NCBI GenBank assembly: GCA_030141605.1
Contig: JAQGDQ010001716.1
Location: 1 to 28,113 of the forward strand
Direction: 5' to 3'
DNA length: 28,113 nt
Origin: Tubiluchus corallicola
Taxonomy: Eukaryota; Animalia; Priapulida
The notes under the pieces were generated by a model that saw only the letters and a program-made list of their open reading frames with translations, was not told the DNA's origin and ran no database searches. Shown piece by piece: positions 1-10,309 of this stretch; the first letter of the stretch is position 1; every line of letters begins with the position of its first letter. The translations under genes were made by a program, and so were the position numbers.

Positions 1-5
1 CATGG

Positions 6-124
6 TTTATAAAAGTACAAACACGGAGAATGAAAGCGTAAGGTACGGTAAAAAAGGTGAGGTGAGGTGAAGTAAGGTAGGTAAAGGTAAGGTAAAGGTA
101 AGGTAAGGTAAGGTAAGGTAAGGT
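6..124 (+). repeat. Dispersed repeat end: ~45-bp unique segment followed by (GTGAG/GTAAG)n pentamer tract; inverted copy at ~8520-9176
   Basis: 6-50 TTTATAAAAGTACAAACACGGAGAATGAAAGCGTAAGGTACGGTAA is the exact reverse complement of 9131-9176; both continue into the same pentamer tract. Confidence 0.9.
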
Positions 125-904
125 AGTAAATTATCTTAGGTAGCAAGTCATCTTAGGTAGTAAATTATCTTAGGTAGCAAATTATCTTAGGTAGCAAATT
201 ATCATAGGTAGTAAATTATCTTAGGTAGCAAGTCATCTTAGGTAGTAAATTATCTTAGGTAGTAAATTATCTTAGGTAGCAAATTATCTTAGGTAGCAAA
301 TCATCTTAGGTAGTAAATTATCTTAGGTAGCAAATTATCTTAGGTAGCAAGTCATCTTAGGTAGTAAATTATCTTAGGTAGCAAATTATCTTAGGTAGCA
401 AATTATCATAGGTAGTAAATTATCTTAGGTAGCAAGTCATCTTAGGTAGCAAATTATCATAGGTAGTAAATTATCTTAGGTAGCAAATTATCATAGGTAG
501 TAAATTATCTTAGGTAGCAAATTATCTTAGGTAGCAAATTATCTTAGGTAGCAAATTATCATAGGTAGTAAATTATCTTAGGTACCAAATTATCATAGGT
601 AGTAAATTATCTTAGGTAGCAAATTATCTTAGGTAGCAAATTATCATAGGTAGTAAATTATCTTAGTTAGCAAGTTATCTTAGGTAGCAAATTATCTTAG
701 GTAGCAAGTCATCTTAGGTAGTAAATTATCTTAGGTAGTAAATTATCTTAGGTAGCAAATTATCTTAGGTAGCAAATTATCATAGGTAGCAAATTATCTT
801 ACGTAGCAAATTATCATAGGTAGTAAATTATCTTAGGTAGCAAGTTATCTTAGGTAGTAAGTTATATTAGGTAGTAAATTATCTTAGGTAGCAAATTATC
901 TTGG
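121..904. repeat. 17-bp minisatellite, ~46 copies, consensus AGGTAGYAAATTATCWT
   Basis: Direct reading of the 17-bp period with a few recurrent variants (AAGTCATC, ATCATAGG). Confidence 0.97.
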
Positions 905-1269
905 TATCGTAAGAATACTGAGCGTTTTAACCCTACGGCTTTTCCAACTGGTACTAACTACAGTTTAAAGTAATCAAAAGATACGTGCGCAAATAAACTA
1001 AAGTTTATTGCTTTAGCAATCATGGCGCCGTGCAGTTTTCGCTAACAAGAAAGCGCAACAAACTAGAAACTTGAGTTTAATTGCAGATCGCAAATCTGTC
1101 TTTCTCTTCCCATTTTTCCCCGGGAATCAGCGTTCAACTCGTTCAACGCCTGGCCGGTGTCCTAAGTGTTTGTTTGGTACAAGTTCGTCTAGTTTTTGAT
1201 ATTAGTTTGTCGCGGCGAGCTCTTCCTTAAGTACATTTAAGTCCGGCAGTATTTATGATCTTAATTTAA

Positions 1270-1889
1270 AACAAAACCGCATCCAATCTTAAACTGCAGG
1301 TTAAAACAATCTATTCTTTAAAATATTGAAAGTAAACGTACTATTTTTTTCAAAAATGACTTACGTGAAAGAATTATTACCACACAAACACAATTTCACG
1401 TTCGCACCACTAGTTCTTCGCTGTTACATGCATTTCGCCATTCGCTAGTTAGACGGGCACTAGCGCCTGCATTTCGGAAACGCATAGCACAGAATACAGG
1501 TGCTGTACCTCTCAGTATAGATGTGTTAGTTTGTGACGAACTAGACGCCTTCGGCAGCTCATGCGTGAGCATTTTGGTAAATTTGAAATTTGAATTTTTA
1601 CCTTAAAACTTGCCGAGTTTTAGTACAACACACTGAATATCTTACAGTAGCGCTGCACTTCAATTTTCTCTTTCACAAACACGTGCAACACGCTCGTGGA
1701 ATATTTTTGCTGTTGAAAATTATGTTAGTTTGTGATGTCATCAATAGTTGGGCTCGCCCGCCGTTAATTAAGTTTTTAATCTATTATTTAATTATCAGAA
1801 ACGCTTTTGCAGCATTAATTGTGTTAAAATGTATACTTTTTATTGGACTTGAAAATGGGGTAGTATATGAAAGGTTATCCTGTCTTCCT
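1270..1889 (+). mobile_element. Non-autonomous DNA transposon, Kolobok-like (TTAA TSD), copy 1, full length ~620 bp
   Basis: Flanked by TTAA (1266-1269, 1890-1893); aligns end to end with the inverted copy 21177-21785 and partly with 18623-19104; family termini AG(G/C)AA(A/G)ACAGG form a short TIR starting with RR, as in Kolobok; left TIR of this copy is decayed. Confidence 0.8.
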
Positions 1890-2470
1890 TTAAAGATTAT
1901 TATATTAATAATGAGAGAAATCCACAGTTATTGACTTTTGAAACCAAACTTCACTGAAAAGACACAACTGTGAAAGCTCTGGATTTGAACTAGGAAACTT
2001 GAATTGTTATGATCAAAAACGGTTATGTAGTCTAAAGCCTCAAGACATTGAATTTGTAGTCTGACGCTTCACGGTTCTGAGTTCAAATCCGTGGTCGTTT
2101 AATTCTTTTGAAAGCAGCTAGGTTTGAAAATTTAAACAGTTTTGAGTTTATTTCATGATTCAAATTTTTGTATTAAAGTAAAACGTCTAAATACAGTGTA
2201 ATATCAGTGTTAAATCATAACAAAGGACTTCCTTTCACGATATCTTCATCATGTACAACTCATTTAACATTGTGTAATTTGTCACAATGTCGCAGGCAGG
2301 TGTCTCTAAGAAACGAAAAACGCCTCTGCTGCATGAAATTATCAATAAGCTTGCAATGTGTATCATAAACTGGCACTATTTTTACATGGACAGCTGAAAC
2401 AATTGATTGTGATTATCACAGATAAACATATTAGTAAAAATGTGTTTACGACAGTAACTAACGATGAAAC

Positions 2471-2723
2471 AGTTCATAAAAAATGAAAACGTTGCTGTTT
2501 GTTGTTGCTCTTGCTAGCATTAGTTCATATAAATGAAAACGTTGCTATTTGTTGTTGCTGTTGCTAGCGTGAGTTCATAAAAATGAAAACGTTGCTGTTT
2601 GTTGTTGCTCTTGCTAGCATTAGTTCATATAAATGAAAACGTTGCTGTTTGTTGTTGCTGTTGCTAGCGTGAGTTCATAAAAATGAAAACGTTGCTGTTT
2701 GTTGTTGTTCTTGCTAGCATTAG
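2471..2723. repeat. 50-bp tandem repeat, 5 copies in alternating A-B-A-B-A pattern
   Basis: Unit AGTTCATAWAAATGAAAACGTTGCTGTTTGTTGTTGCTSTTGCTAGCRTK. Confidence 0.95.
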
Positions 2724-3024
2724 CAGTCATACTAGTTGTCTAATATGCTTTAAATTGAGTATAAAATGCCTTAGATATAAACAGTGACGTTACATTTTAA
2801 TACTACTTATTTCTTTAAATTACCGGGTGTCGTCAGTTAGTTTGACAACTACGAGCTGACTTGATTTCCTCAGTTTTAGATTTGGGCCAAACAAATTACA
2901 CTCATGATAATTAGCTGATTGATCTATGACAAGTCACGCGATGATACCTAAAACTGATTTCCTGTAACCATATAAGCTATCGTATGATTTATTTGTGATT
3001 ATAATTAGTGATTATAATTAGAAC

Positions 3025-3205
3025 AAGATTAGAATTAGAATAAGTTCTTTGTTTATAATTAAGAACAGGAGCCTAGGAAAGATCTTAATTGCAATGATGA
3101 CAGAACACAGTCTGGGTTTGTCCCATCCCCAGGGCCTTTTTCAGCCTAAGCGAGGCCCGGGGAAGTGCCACCATGGTTGAACTGCTAGAACGCCGGAGAG
3201 AAAGC

Positions 3206-3236
<31 letters not shown>

Positions 3237-3400
3237 GAGGCAGTATGTTCGCATAAAGCAAAAAAAATGTTACCTTGGCGCGAGGCCCCCCTGGAGGGTG
3301 AGGCCCCGGGGAAGTATCCCCCCCACTGAAATAGGCCCTGCCCATCCCTTGCTTCTGTTTAAACCTGCAAACTTTATAGTCTTATATGCCGATGGGTGTT
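3025..3400 (-). mobile_element. Old dispersed repeat, possibly a LINE 3' end, interrupted by the hAT MITE; diverged relative at ~5220-5328
   Basis: Removing 3130-3348 gives ...GGGTTTGTCCCATCCC TTGCTTCTGTTTAAACCTGCAAACTTTATAGTCTTAT, similar to 5258-5310 GGGTTTGTCCCATCTCGTACTTCTCTTTAAGCTACAAAGCATTATAGTCTTAT; short (TTCTAA)2 tail on the minus strand at ~3029-3040. Confidence 0.5.
3130..3340. mobile_element. hAT-superfamily MITE, 211 bp
   Basis: 15-bp TIR CAGGGCCTTTTTCAG / CTGAAATAGGCCCTG (1 mismatch); perfect 8-bp TSD CCCATCCC at 3122-3129 and 3341-3348; repeated subterminal GAGGCCC motifs; internal (GA)n. Confidence 0.93.
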
Positions 3401-4734
3401 GTAAGATAAAATTAGTTTTCATTATGCAGTTGGACGGAACGAAGCCAAGCAATGACTCCGCATCGGAAGCAGATGCACAAATTTTACTGAAGAGCCTGTA
3501 ATTAGGTCTGTGGGCCACTAATCACGCATGTTATCACAGAATCTTGCAGTGGTTGTGATGCAGTGGCATTGACCTCATATACATTAAACTAATATCGCAC
3601 AGCCAATTCCGCAAAATTAAATTAACGTCCGTCCATTAATGACCGACTTAAGATGTCTTCGGGGTCACGTGTAGTTGCTTTCACGAAGAGATGCAAGGCA
3701 TTGCATTGGATTGCCTAATCTTCCGTTAATTCTTCTTGGGTTACAGTAACAATTCAACTATATACATTAGGATTTGGGAATCAAACTTGCTAATTCGCAT
3801 TACTGAGAGCATGCGTGGCTTTGGCAGTGAAGAAAAGCTCAGAGGTCAGCTGGTGTGTGCTTGGCTACGAAGTTAAGCAACAAAGGGCTTGTTAGGAAAT
3901 AGGTAGCTGATTACCTAAAATTGTCGTGACGCTAAAGTTGTCGCTGGGGTGTTTTGGGGAGAGCTAACAACCGACATTGGCAGGTTTATCAGACTGTTTT
4001 TGTCGTTGCAATGTTTGTGTTAAACAGATGAAATCACTGGATGAAAACATGGTTTAACTTTGCGATCTGTATTGTATTCGAAATCATAGTCTCATAGTCA
4101 ATCCACATATACACGAAAATTGTAACCATATTCAACAGTAGTAAACAAATGTTAAAGTAAATACATCAGCCAATATATCATGGCACCTCAGTCTCAGCGT
4201 TATAATCACCAAAACCACTTTTTAAGCCTATTGCGTGTCCTCTAATCTTGCTACCAAGTGAAGAGTAGTAGTTATTCACAGAGAAGCCAAGTAACCCAGT
4301 TCTATACAAACAAATAGCAGTAGCAAGTACATACATATATTGGAAACTTCTAAGTGTACAAACAGATGTCAGCACTGACTTAGTGGCAGTGAAAAACAAA
4401 AGTTTAAAACTACAAATCAAAATTATTAATAAACTGTAAATTAAATCTGCGACAAAAATCAGCCACCTTCATTTGCAAGGATAGTTACTCCGTTGAGGGA
4501 GTGGATACACGTGGGTGAACGTGGCCGTGACATTTCGGCTATTCAAGTTTTTACTGGGATTATCCATGATAATAAAACAGACAGACGACTTGGTATAGCT
4601 ATTCGCCATTAGTAGTTAGACCATAGTTGTATCAGACTTCATGTGCTGGCTTGAAGTTTGCACTAACAAGTTTGACTCGATCAATTGGTTAAGCGACTCC
4701 TTGAAGTCAAGATCGGATTAGAAATAACGCCAAT

Positions 4735-5050
4735 GCTACCATCTTGAATTTAAGATGGCAGATCGAAAATTCGGCTCTGTTAATCGATGTAGGATTCTTC
4801 CAGTAGAGTTTTCCGATGATCAGTTGTGAGCTAGTGCAGCCTTAGGCATTTCTCTTGAATTACCTTATTGCTGCCGTCTTGAATTTAAGATGGCATATTA
4901 AAAATCTGACTCTGTCAATCGATGCGGGATTTTTCTATTATATTTCCATAAATTTCATATGATAATCCTCACGAACTGGCGAAGACTTAGGCTTTTTTCT
5001 AAAATTATGTTATCGCCGCCATCTTGAGTTCAAAATGGCAACTCGAAATT
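4735..5050. repeat. Degenerate ~140-bp tandem repeat (about 2.3 units) each starting with palindrome GCCATCTTGAATTTAAGATGGC
   Basis: Palindrome variants at ~4738, ~4874 and ~5018; downstream CTCTGTYAATCGATG shared by the first two units. Confidence 0.75.
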
Positions 5051-5377
5051 ACCCGTATCTTTCTTGAGTGCGATAAATAACTTTTCATGAGATCCGATAC
5101 TCAAATGAGGCACTCATGCACAAATATGCTACTTATATTATCTAAGGTAAATATCTCGTATAGATTAGCAAAGTGCCCAATGCAGTCAAGTCTAAATTAC
5201 CATATGTGGCTAATAATGTAAGATGTTAATTGGGTTTGCAAGAACAGAACAAATTTTGGGTTTGTCCCATCTCGTACTTCTCTTTAAGCTACAAAGCATT
5301 ATAGTCTTATGTACTGAGGAGTGCAGTACAATGGACAACAAGGGCAAAGACAACAAGGTTACATGAACTGTCCAACA

Positions 5378-5571
5378 GATGTTAACATTCAAGAGAGGTT
5401 GCTGTTGCTGTTGCTGTTACTATGGCGAAGATTATTTACCTTAGCAACTGTATACTAACAACTGCAGTAAATGGCGTTAAATACACCTTGTATGCTACGA
5501 TTACCATATTATCAATAGCATCGTGTCGAAAACTTTCTAGAAGTTGTACTTATCGCAAGAGAGCTTTAAGA
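5378..5571 (+). repeat. ~190-bp direct repeat, copy 1 (copy 2 at 7808-7989)
   Basis: Near-identical AGATGTTAACATTCAAG...GATTATTTACCTTAGCAACTG...CTTTCTAGAAGTTGTA...GAGC in both places. Confidence 0.92.
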
Positions 5572-5928
5572 TACTCCCTATAAGAATTTTTGGGAGTATT
5601 CTCAGAAATGGGCCTATTCCAGTAATAACCTACCATTTGGCAAGGTCTATTAATTAATAAAGAACATAATCTAAAAGTGCATAAGAAATAAAAAAAATGT
5701 AACAAGAATTTGTCTTGGTCTAGTACATATATTTGTTTTATTTATTGATACCGTACCAAACATAGCAAACATTGTCTGCAATTTTACTTTAGTGAAGGAA
5801 AATGCATCTAAATGGCTTAATGTTATCTTGTGTATTTTGAGCCTCTTAGTTTGAGATGAGGTGTGTAAATATATGGATGAATATATAAAAGTTAAATAAA
5901 AAATAAGAAAAACTGCTTTTTTCTGTTT

Positions 5929-6078
5929 ACATAGTCACAGAAATGAGATGTGAAACATAGATTTTAAATATGAAAAACGTGAGATTTTTAATGAGACTTT
6001 TTCGGGGGGTGGGGTGGGTGGACTACTGGGTGGACGAGATCCTCACCTGCACGTGTCTGTATAATATACAAGCGACTT

Positions 6079-6142
<64 letters not shown>

Positions 6143-6350
6143 TTCTATATTTCTTAAAATACATACTACAAATACATATTTACCTATTGTAACATCGACG
6201 TTGCCATAGTCACGAAATGAGATATGAAACATAGATTTTAAATCTGAAAAACGTGAGATTTTTAATGAGACTTTTTCGGGGGGGGGTGGACAGCTTCTAC
6301 TTAATCACCACTAGGGGTGGACGACATTAAAAAAGGTTGAAGACCACTGA
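5929..6350. mobile_element. One-ended hAT (Charlie-like) remnant with an internal ~90-bp direct duplication and (CT)n
   Basis: 5930-6023 and 6205-6291 are near-identical; (CT)n at 6080-6138; ends in AAAAAAGGTTGAAGACCACTG (reverse complement CAGTGGTCTTCAACCTTTTTT), a typical hAT terminus; no matching left TIR or TSD found. Confidence 0.55.
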
Positions 6351-6682
6351 CATAGACTAAATGTACAATCGTTTTATCGATTAATGACGACATTTCAGCG
6401 CATATTTCTGCCTCCTGCTTTATTGAATACGTGCAATAACAACGTTCCATCAGCAATCTCTGTTTGGATGGTAAACGCGCAACTGGTGGATCTAACACGC
6501 ACGTTTGTTTATCTAGAACGCAGTTTGAGGGAGCCAAAATCACATCTAGCGTATACAGCGATTAAACTGATTATTAAGATTTGGAACGTTCACATTAGTA
6601 TCATGCGTCCATTAGAACTCGTTGCGACTTGAATGCCATAATAATTCGATGAATATCTGATTGTCAATACGAGTCATGAATG

Positions 6683-7229
6683 CTGTTGTTGTTGGCATCT
6701 TTCTGTCTCGGAAGACAATGGAGTGTGCGCCAAGAGAGTCAGTTATTGATCACATTGATGGAGCTGCAGCGTCGACTGTGGCTGAGCAGTGCGATCTTTG
6801 AACGTCTCCAGGTTGCACGCCTGGGCAAGGTGTATGGAGATCCTGAGTTGCCCAGATAACAGGAACCCCCTCTCTTCCTCGCTGGTGTAGTCCAAAGGAA
6901 AGCGGGGCGATACGTTTGGCACCAGGTTGGCTGCAGGAGTTGCCGGAGTCAGTGAGCATGCTGCACTGGTCCGCCTTCGGAGCTCCACTCCTGATTTGGA
7001 AGGTTTACTCCTCTACACATGGTTGTTGGGTCACTTGACCTCGTCCGCCCTCTAGCCGTTGGCTACTTGTGCAGCTCCTCCGCCTAGTGTCGAGATACAG
7101 TGTGGGCATCCCGGAACATAACAGCACCTGGTATTACTAGTCGGTCACCCATCCAAGTACTAACCGGGCTCCACGTTGCTTAACTTCGGTGATCAGACGA
7201 GAACCGGTGTTTTCTACGTGATATGTCAT
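6683..7229 (-). mobile_element. 5S rRNA-derived SINE (SINE3) with RTE-derived body and tail, copy 1
   Basis: 5S-like head at ~7116-7229 on minus strand; RTE-type 3' end CCATTGTCTTCCGAGACAGAAAGATGCC followed by (AAC)n; candidate TSD GTCATGAATG at 6673-6682 and 7225-7234 (overlapping the 5' end); colinear with 16544-17079. Confidence 0.9.
7116..7229 (-). pseudogene. 5S rRNA-derived head of SINE copy 1 (not a functional 5S gene)
   Basis: Minus strand ATCACGTAGAAAACACCGGTTCTCGTCTGATCACCGAAGTTAAGCAACGTGGAGCCCGGTTAGTACTTGGATGGGTGACC; box A and box C recognisable; ends decayed, no T-run terminator. Confidence 0.9.
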
Positions 7230-7807
7230 GAATGTAGAAGCAAATTAAGTCATAAATCTACTTACGACTGCAAGTTATAACAGTTTCTAAAATGTTCTCG
7301 AAGTTGCAAAGTTTCGTCAGAAACATTATGCCTGTCAAATCAGATTTAAAACTCACATTTGAAATGTAAACCCTCATAAAATGCCTTAGCCATTCATAAC
7401 GCAGCGACATTATAAGTACGCCAAATCACGTCAAAGTTATATACTTATAAATTATGAATGACACTAAATGCTCAGGAAAATGGACGCATTTCAAACATTT
7501 CTACCATAAATGTAATAAAATATCCACTTAGGTTGCAATAATCTTGGTTTATTAGTTGCCTTAAAGCTTTTTAATAGCAAAAGCAAAACTTATTTCCCCA
7601 GCTAATAAAAGCGGGATTAGACGGAAGGCAAGGTACTTGCCGAAATTGTAAATTTATGATGAAAGTTGTAAAAGGCGTTCAGAACGATCCCTTCTACATT
7701 TTCTGTTCAAAAGTTAAACAGATTTGACAGATTACGTCAGGTTCTCAAAAGTACTACTAGACTGTCTAACTGAAATTAGCTGCTCAATTATTTTGGCATT
7801 ATTTAAA

Positions 7808-7989
7808 AGATGTTAACATTCAAGAAAGGTTGCTGTTGCTGTTGCTATGGCGAAGATTATTTACCTTAGCAACTGTATACTAACAACTGCAGTAAATGGC
7901 ATTAAATACACCTTGTATGCTACGATTACCATATTGTCAATAGCATCGTGTCGAAAACTTTCTAGAAGTTGTATTTATCACAAAAGAGC
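7808..7989 (+). repeat. ~180-bp direct repeat, copy 2 (copy 1 at 5378-5571)
   Basis: Near-identical to 5378-5564 with a 6-bp shorter (GCTGTT)n run. Confidence 0.92.
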
Positions 7990-8313
7990 GAATATAAGAA
8001 TTTTAATGGCATGATTTATAATGGCAGTAAAGTAAATTTAAGATTTAAATATGGTTGTACTGTAGATCTAAACGAAAATGTAAAATTAAAGGTTAAGAAC
8101 TCATTTAAAGATTATGTTTTAAGATATCTATTATAGCTCCTTACAACACTGTATAATGTAATATAATTACAAGGGTACTACAATGTGTGGTTATTATAAA
8201 GTTGAATGTCTGTAGATATGTTACTTTACTAATATCGCATTGCCTGTTTTACTAACATCTTTATCTTTGTAAAATGTATATTTTTATACGAAATAAACTC
8301 ATAATAATAATAA
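7990..8313 (+). mobile_element. Probable 5'-truncated CR1/L2-group LINE 3' end
   Basis: 7993-8136 reads YKNFNGMIYNGSKVNLR...VKNSFKDYVLRYLL*, loosely like ORF2 C-termini; AATAAA then (ATA)n tail at ~8292-8313; sits between GAGC and TTTAAGAT, which are contiguous in the paralogous copy at 5561-5572. Confidence 0.5.
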
Positions 8314-8519
8314 TTTAAGATGATGCTTAAGATGATGCTTCCATAATTAAGCCTGAGAGGCATTTGGGGTGTTAGTTGGCGATTTGGCATGAAGCCCAAT
8401 TATGCACAATTCAGTGCTGAAAACACTGGATACTCAAAATGAATGCGGATGTAATTTTAACTGAGGCTTCCGGGAATTTGAGAAAATTCCTCTAGGTTGA
8501 CGCTCAAACTTAATATCAT

Positions 8520-9176
8520 GCATTACCTTACTTTACATTACCTATACTTACCTTTCCTTAGTTTTCCTTAGCTTGCCTTAGTTTTCTAGTTTTCTTTCAA
8601 ACACTTTTTTATCTTACCTAACCTTACTTTACCTTACTTCAACCCGGTTCACCACAGCTCAGCTCTTCTCACTTCATTTCACTTCACCTCACCTAAACTC
8701 AGCTCACCTTATCTCAACTCGCCTCACCTCATCTCATTTCACTTCACCTCACCTTTCCTCACCTTACTTGCCTTTTTGCCTTTCTTTACCTTGCCTTGCC
8801 TAACATTATCTTACCTCACTTCAACCTAGTTCACCACAGTTCAGCTCACCTTATTTCACCTCACCTCACCTCACCTCATCTCACCTTACCTTACCTTACC
8901 TTACCTTATCTTACCTGACCTTACCTTACCTTACCTTACCTCACCTCACCTCACCTCACCTCAGCTCACCTTACCTTACCTTACCTTACCTTACCTTACC
9001 TTACCTTACCTTACCTTACCTTACCTTACCTTACCTTACCTTACCTTACCTTACCTTACCTTACCTTACCTTACCTTACCTTACCTTACCTTACCTTACC
9101 TTACCTTACCTTACTTCACCTCACCTCACCTTACCGTACCTTACGCTTTCATTCTCCGTGTTTGTACTTTTATAAA
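8520..9176 (-). repeat. (CCTTA/CCTCA)n pentamer tract, degenerate on the left and pure at ~8970-9112, ending in the unique segment shared with 6-50
   Basis: Direct reading; reverse-complement match to window start. Confidence 0.95.
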
Positions 9177-9693
9177 TTACGAGTAATGACATAACTTGAT
9201 GAGAAATAGTTACAACAATCACTGAAAAAACGTTCCATCCTATTATTGTAGACGAGCACATTTGAATAGAAATCAGCTTTGCAGAAGGCAATGCAGAAAT
9301 ATCCACGTTGATTTCTACGCCAGGGGCGCCACTGTACTACAAAAGGGTCATAATTCTATTTCTCTTAACCTAAAGATTTCTATTTATAGATCTATTGCTG
9401 ATGACGTAATTAATTGCACGGATTTTAGGCATAACTGCACAAACAATAATTTTGGTAGTGGAGGAAATCATCTAAAAAAGCGACTCAACCTCGAATAAAG
9501 TTTGAAAAGTGTTTACAACGGAATTAAGCCATTATGGTTTGATGGACATTATCAGTCTTATTATATGCCTAGTTATTGTCAACTGCTCTAGAGTGCTTTA
9601 GCCCTAATGCGAGGTTCGGGGCTAGTCTAGTCCTACTACATGAAGTGCTAGACGAGTTCCTTGAGGCGAGCACTAATTGTTAAAATTAATTAG

Positions 9694-10263
9694 TATAGCA
9701 ATTACATCGGTATAATTATAACTCTTTCGTAAACTGTGTTAAGATGATTCATTTTGAAGATGAACACTAACAACAAAAGCAGCATCAATAGCAGTAGCTG
9801 CAGCGACAGCAACGACGACGATAACGACGACTCGAAAACAACGACAGCAACAGCAACAGCGACGACGACAATAGGAACAACAACAACATCACCAGACGAA
9901 TATTGGGACTGCAGTAAGAATGTAATGACGACAGGAGACTCGGTTTAACAAAACTCCACAACGATGATGTCATTGAATGTAAGTCTGCAACGAAAGCAGC
10001 ATCAGCAGCAATAGCAACAGGAGCAACACAACAAGTGTAAGAACAACAGCAGCAACAACGCAACAACGACGGCGGCGGCGACAACAACAACAACGACAAC
10101 AACAACAACAACACCACTAGACGAATCTTGGGACTGCAGTAAGAATGTAATGACGACAGGAGACTCGGTTTGACAAAACTCCACAACGATGATGTCTTTG
10201 AATGTAAGTCTGCAACGAAAGCAGCATCAGCAGCAATAGCAACAGGAGCAACACAACAAGTAT

Positions 10264-10309
<46 letters not shown>

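Noticed and set aside
1590-1934. 114-aa ORF (and 18842-19051, 21519-21728) as transposase
   Set aside because: Lie in a 620-bp non-autonomous element, frames are not conserved between copies, no DDE motif
2020-2100. Third tRNA-like head (GAGTTCAAATCC B-box-like)
   Set aside because: No convincing A box, cloverleaf or downstream core
6743-6988. Short ORFs in the SINE bodies (also 16578-16854)
   Set aside because: GC-rich non-coding body; only the short RTE C-terminal remnant in another frame is meaningful
8520-9140. Telomeric repeat
   Set aside because: Unit is (TAAGG)n, not arthropod (TTAGG)n or (TTAGGG)n, and it is tied to a dispersed unique end
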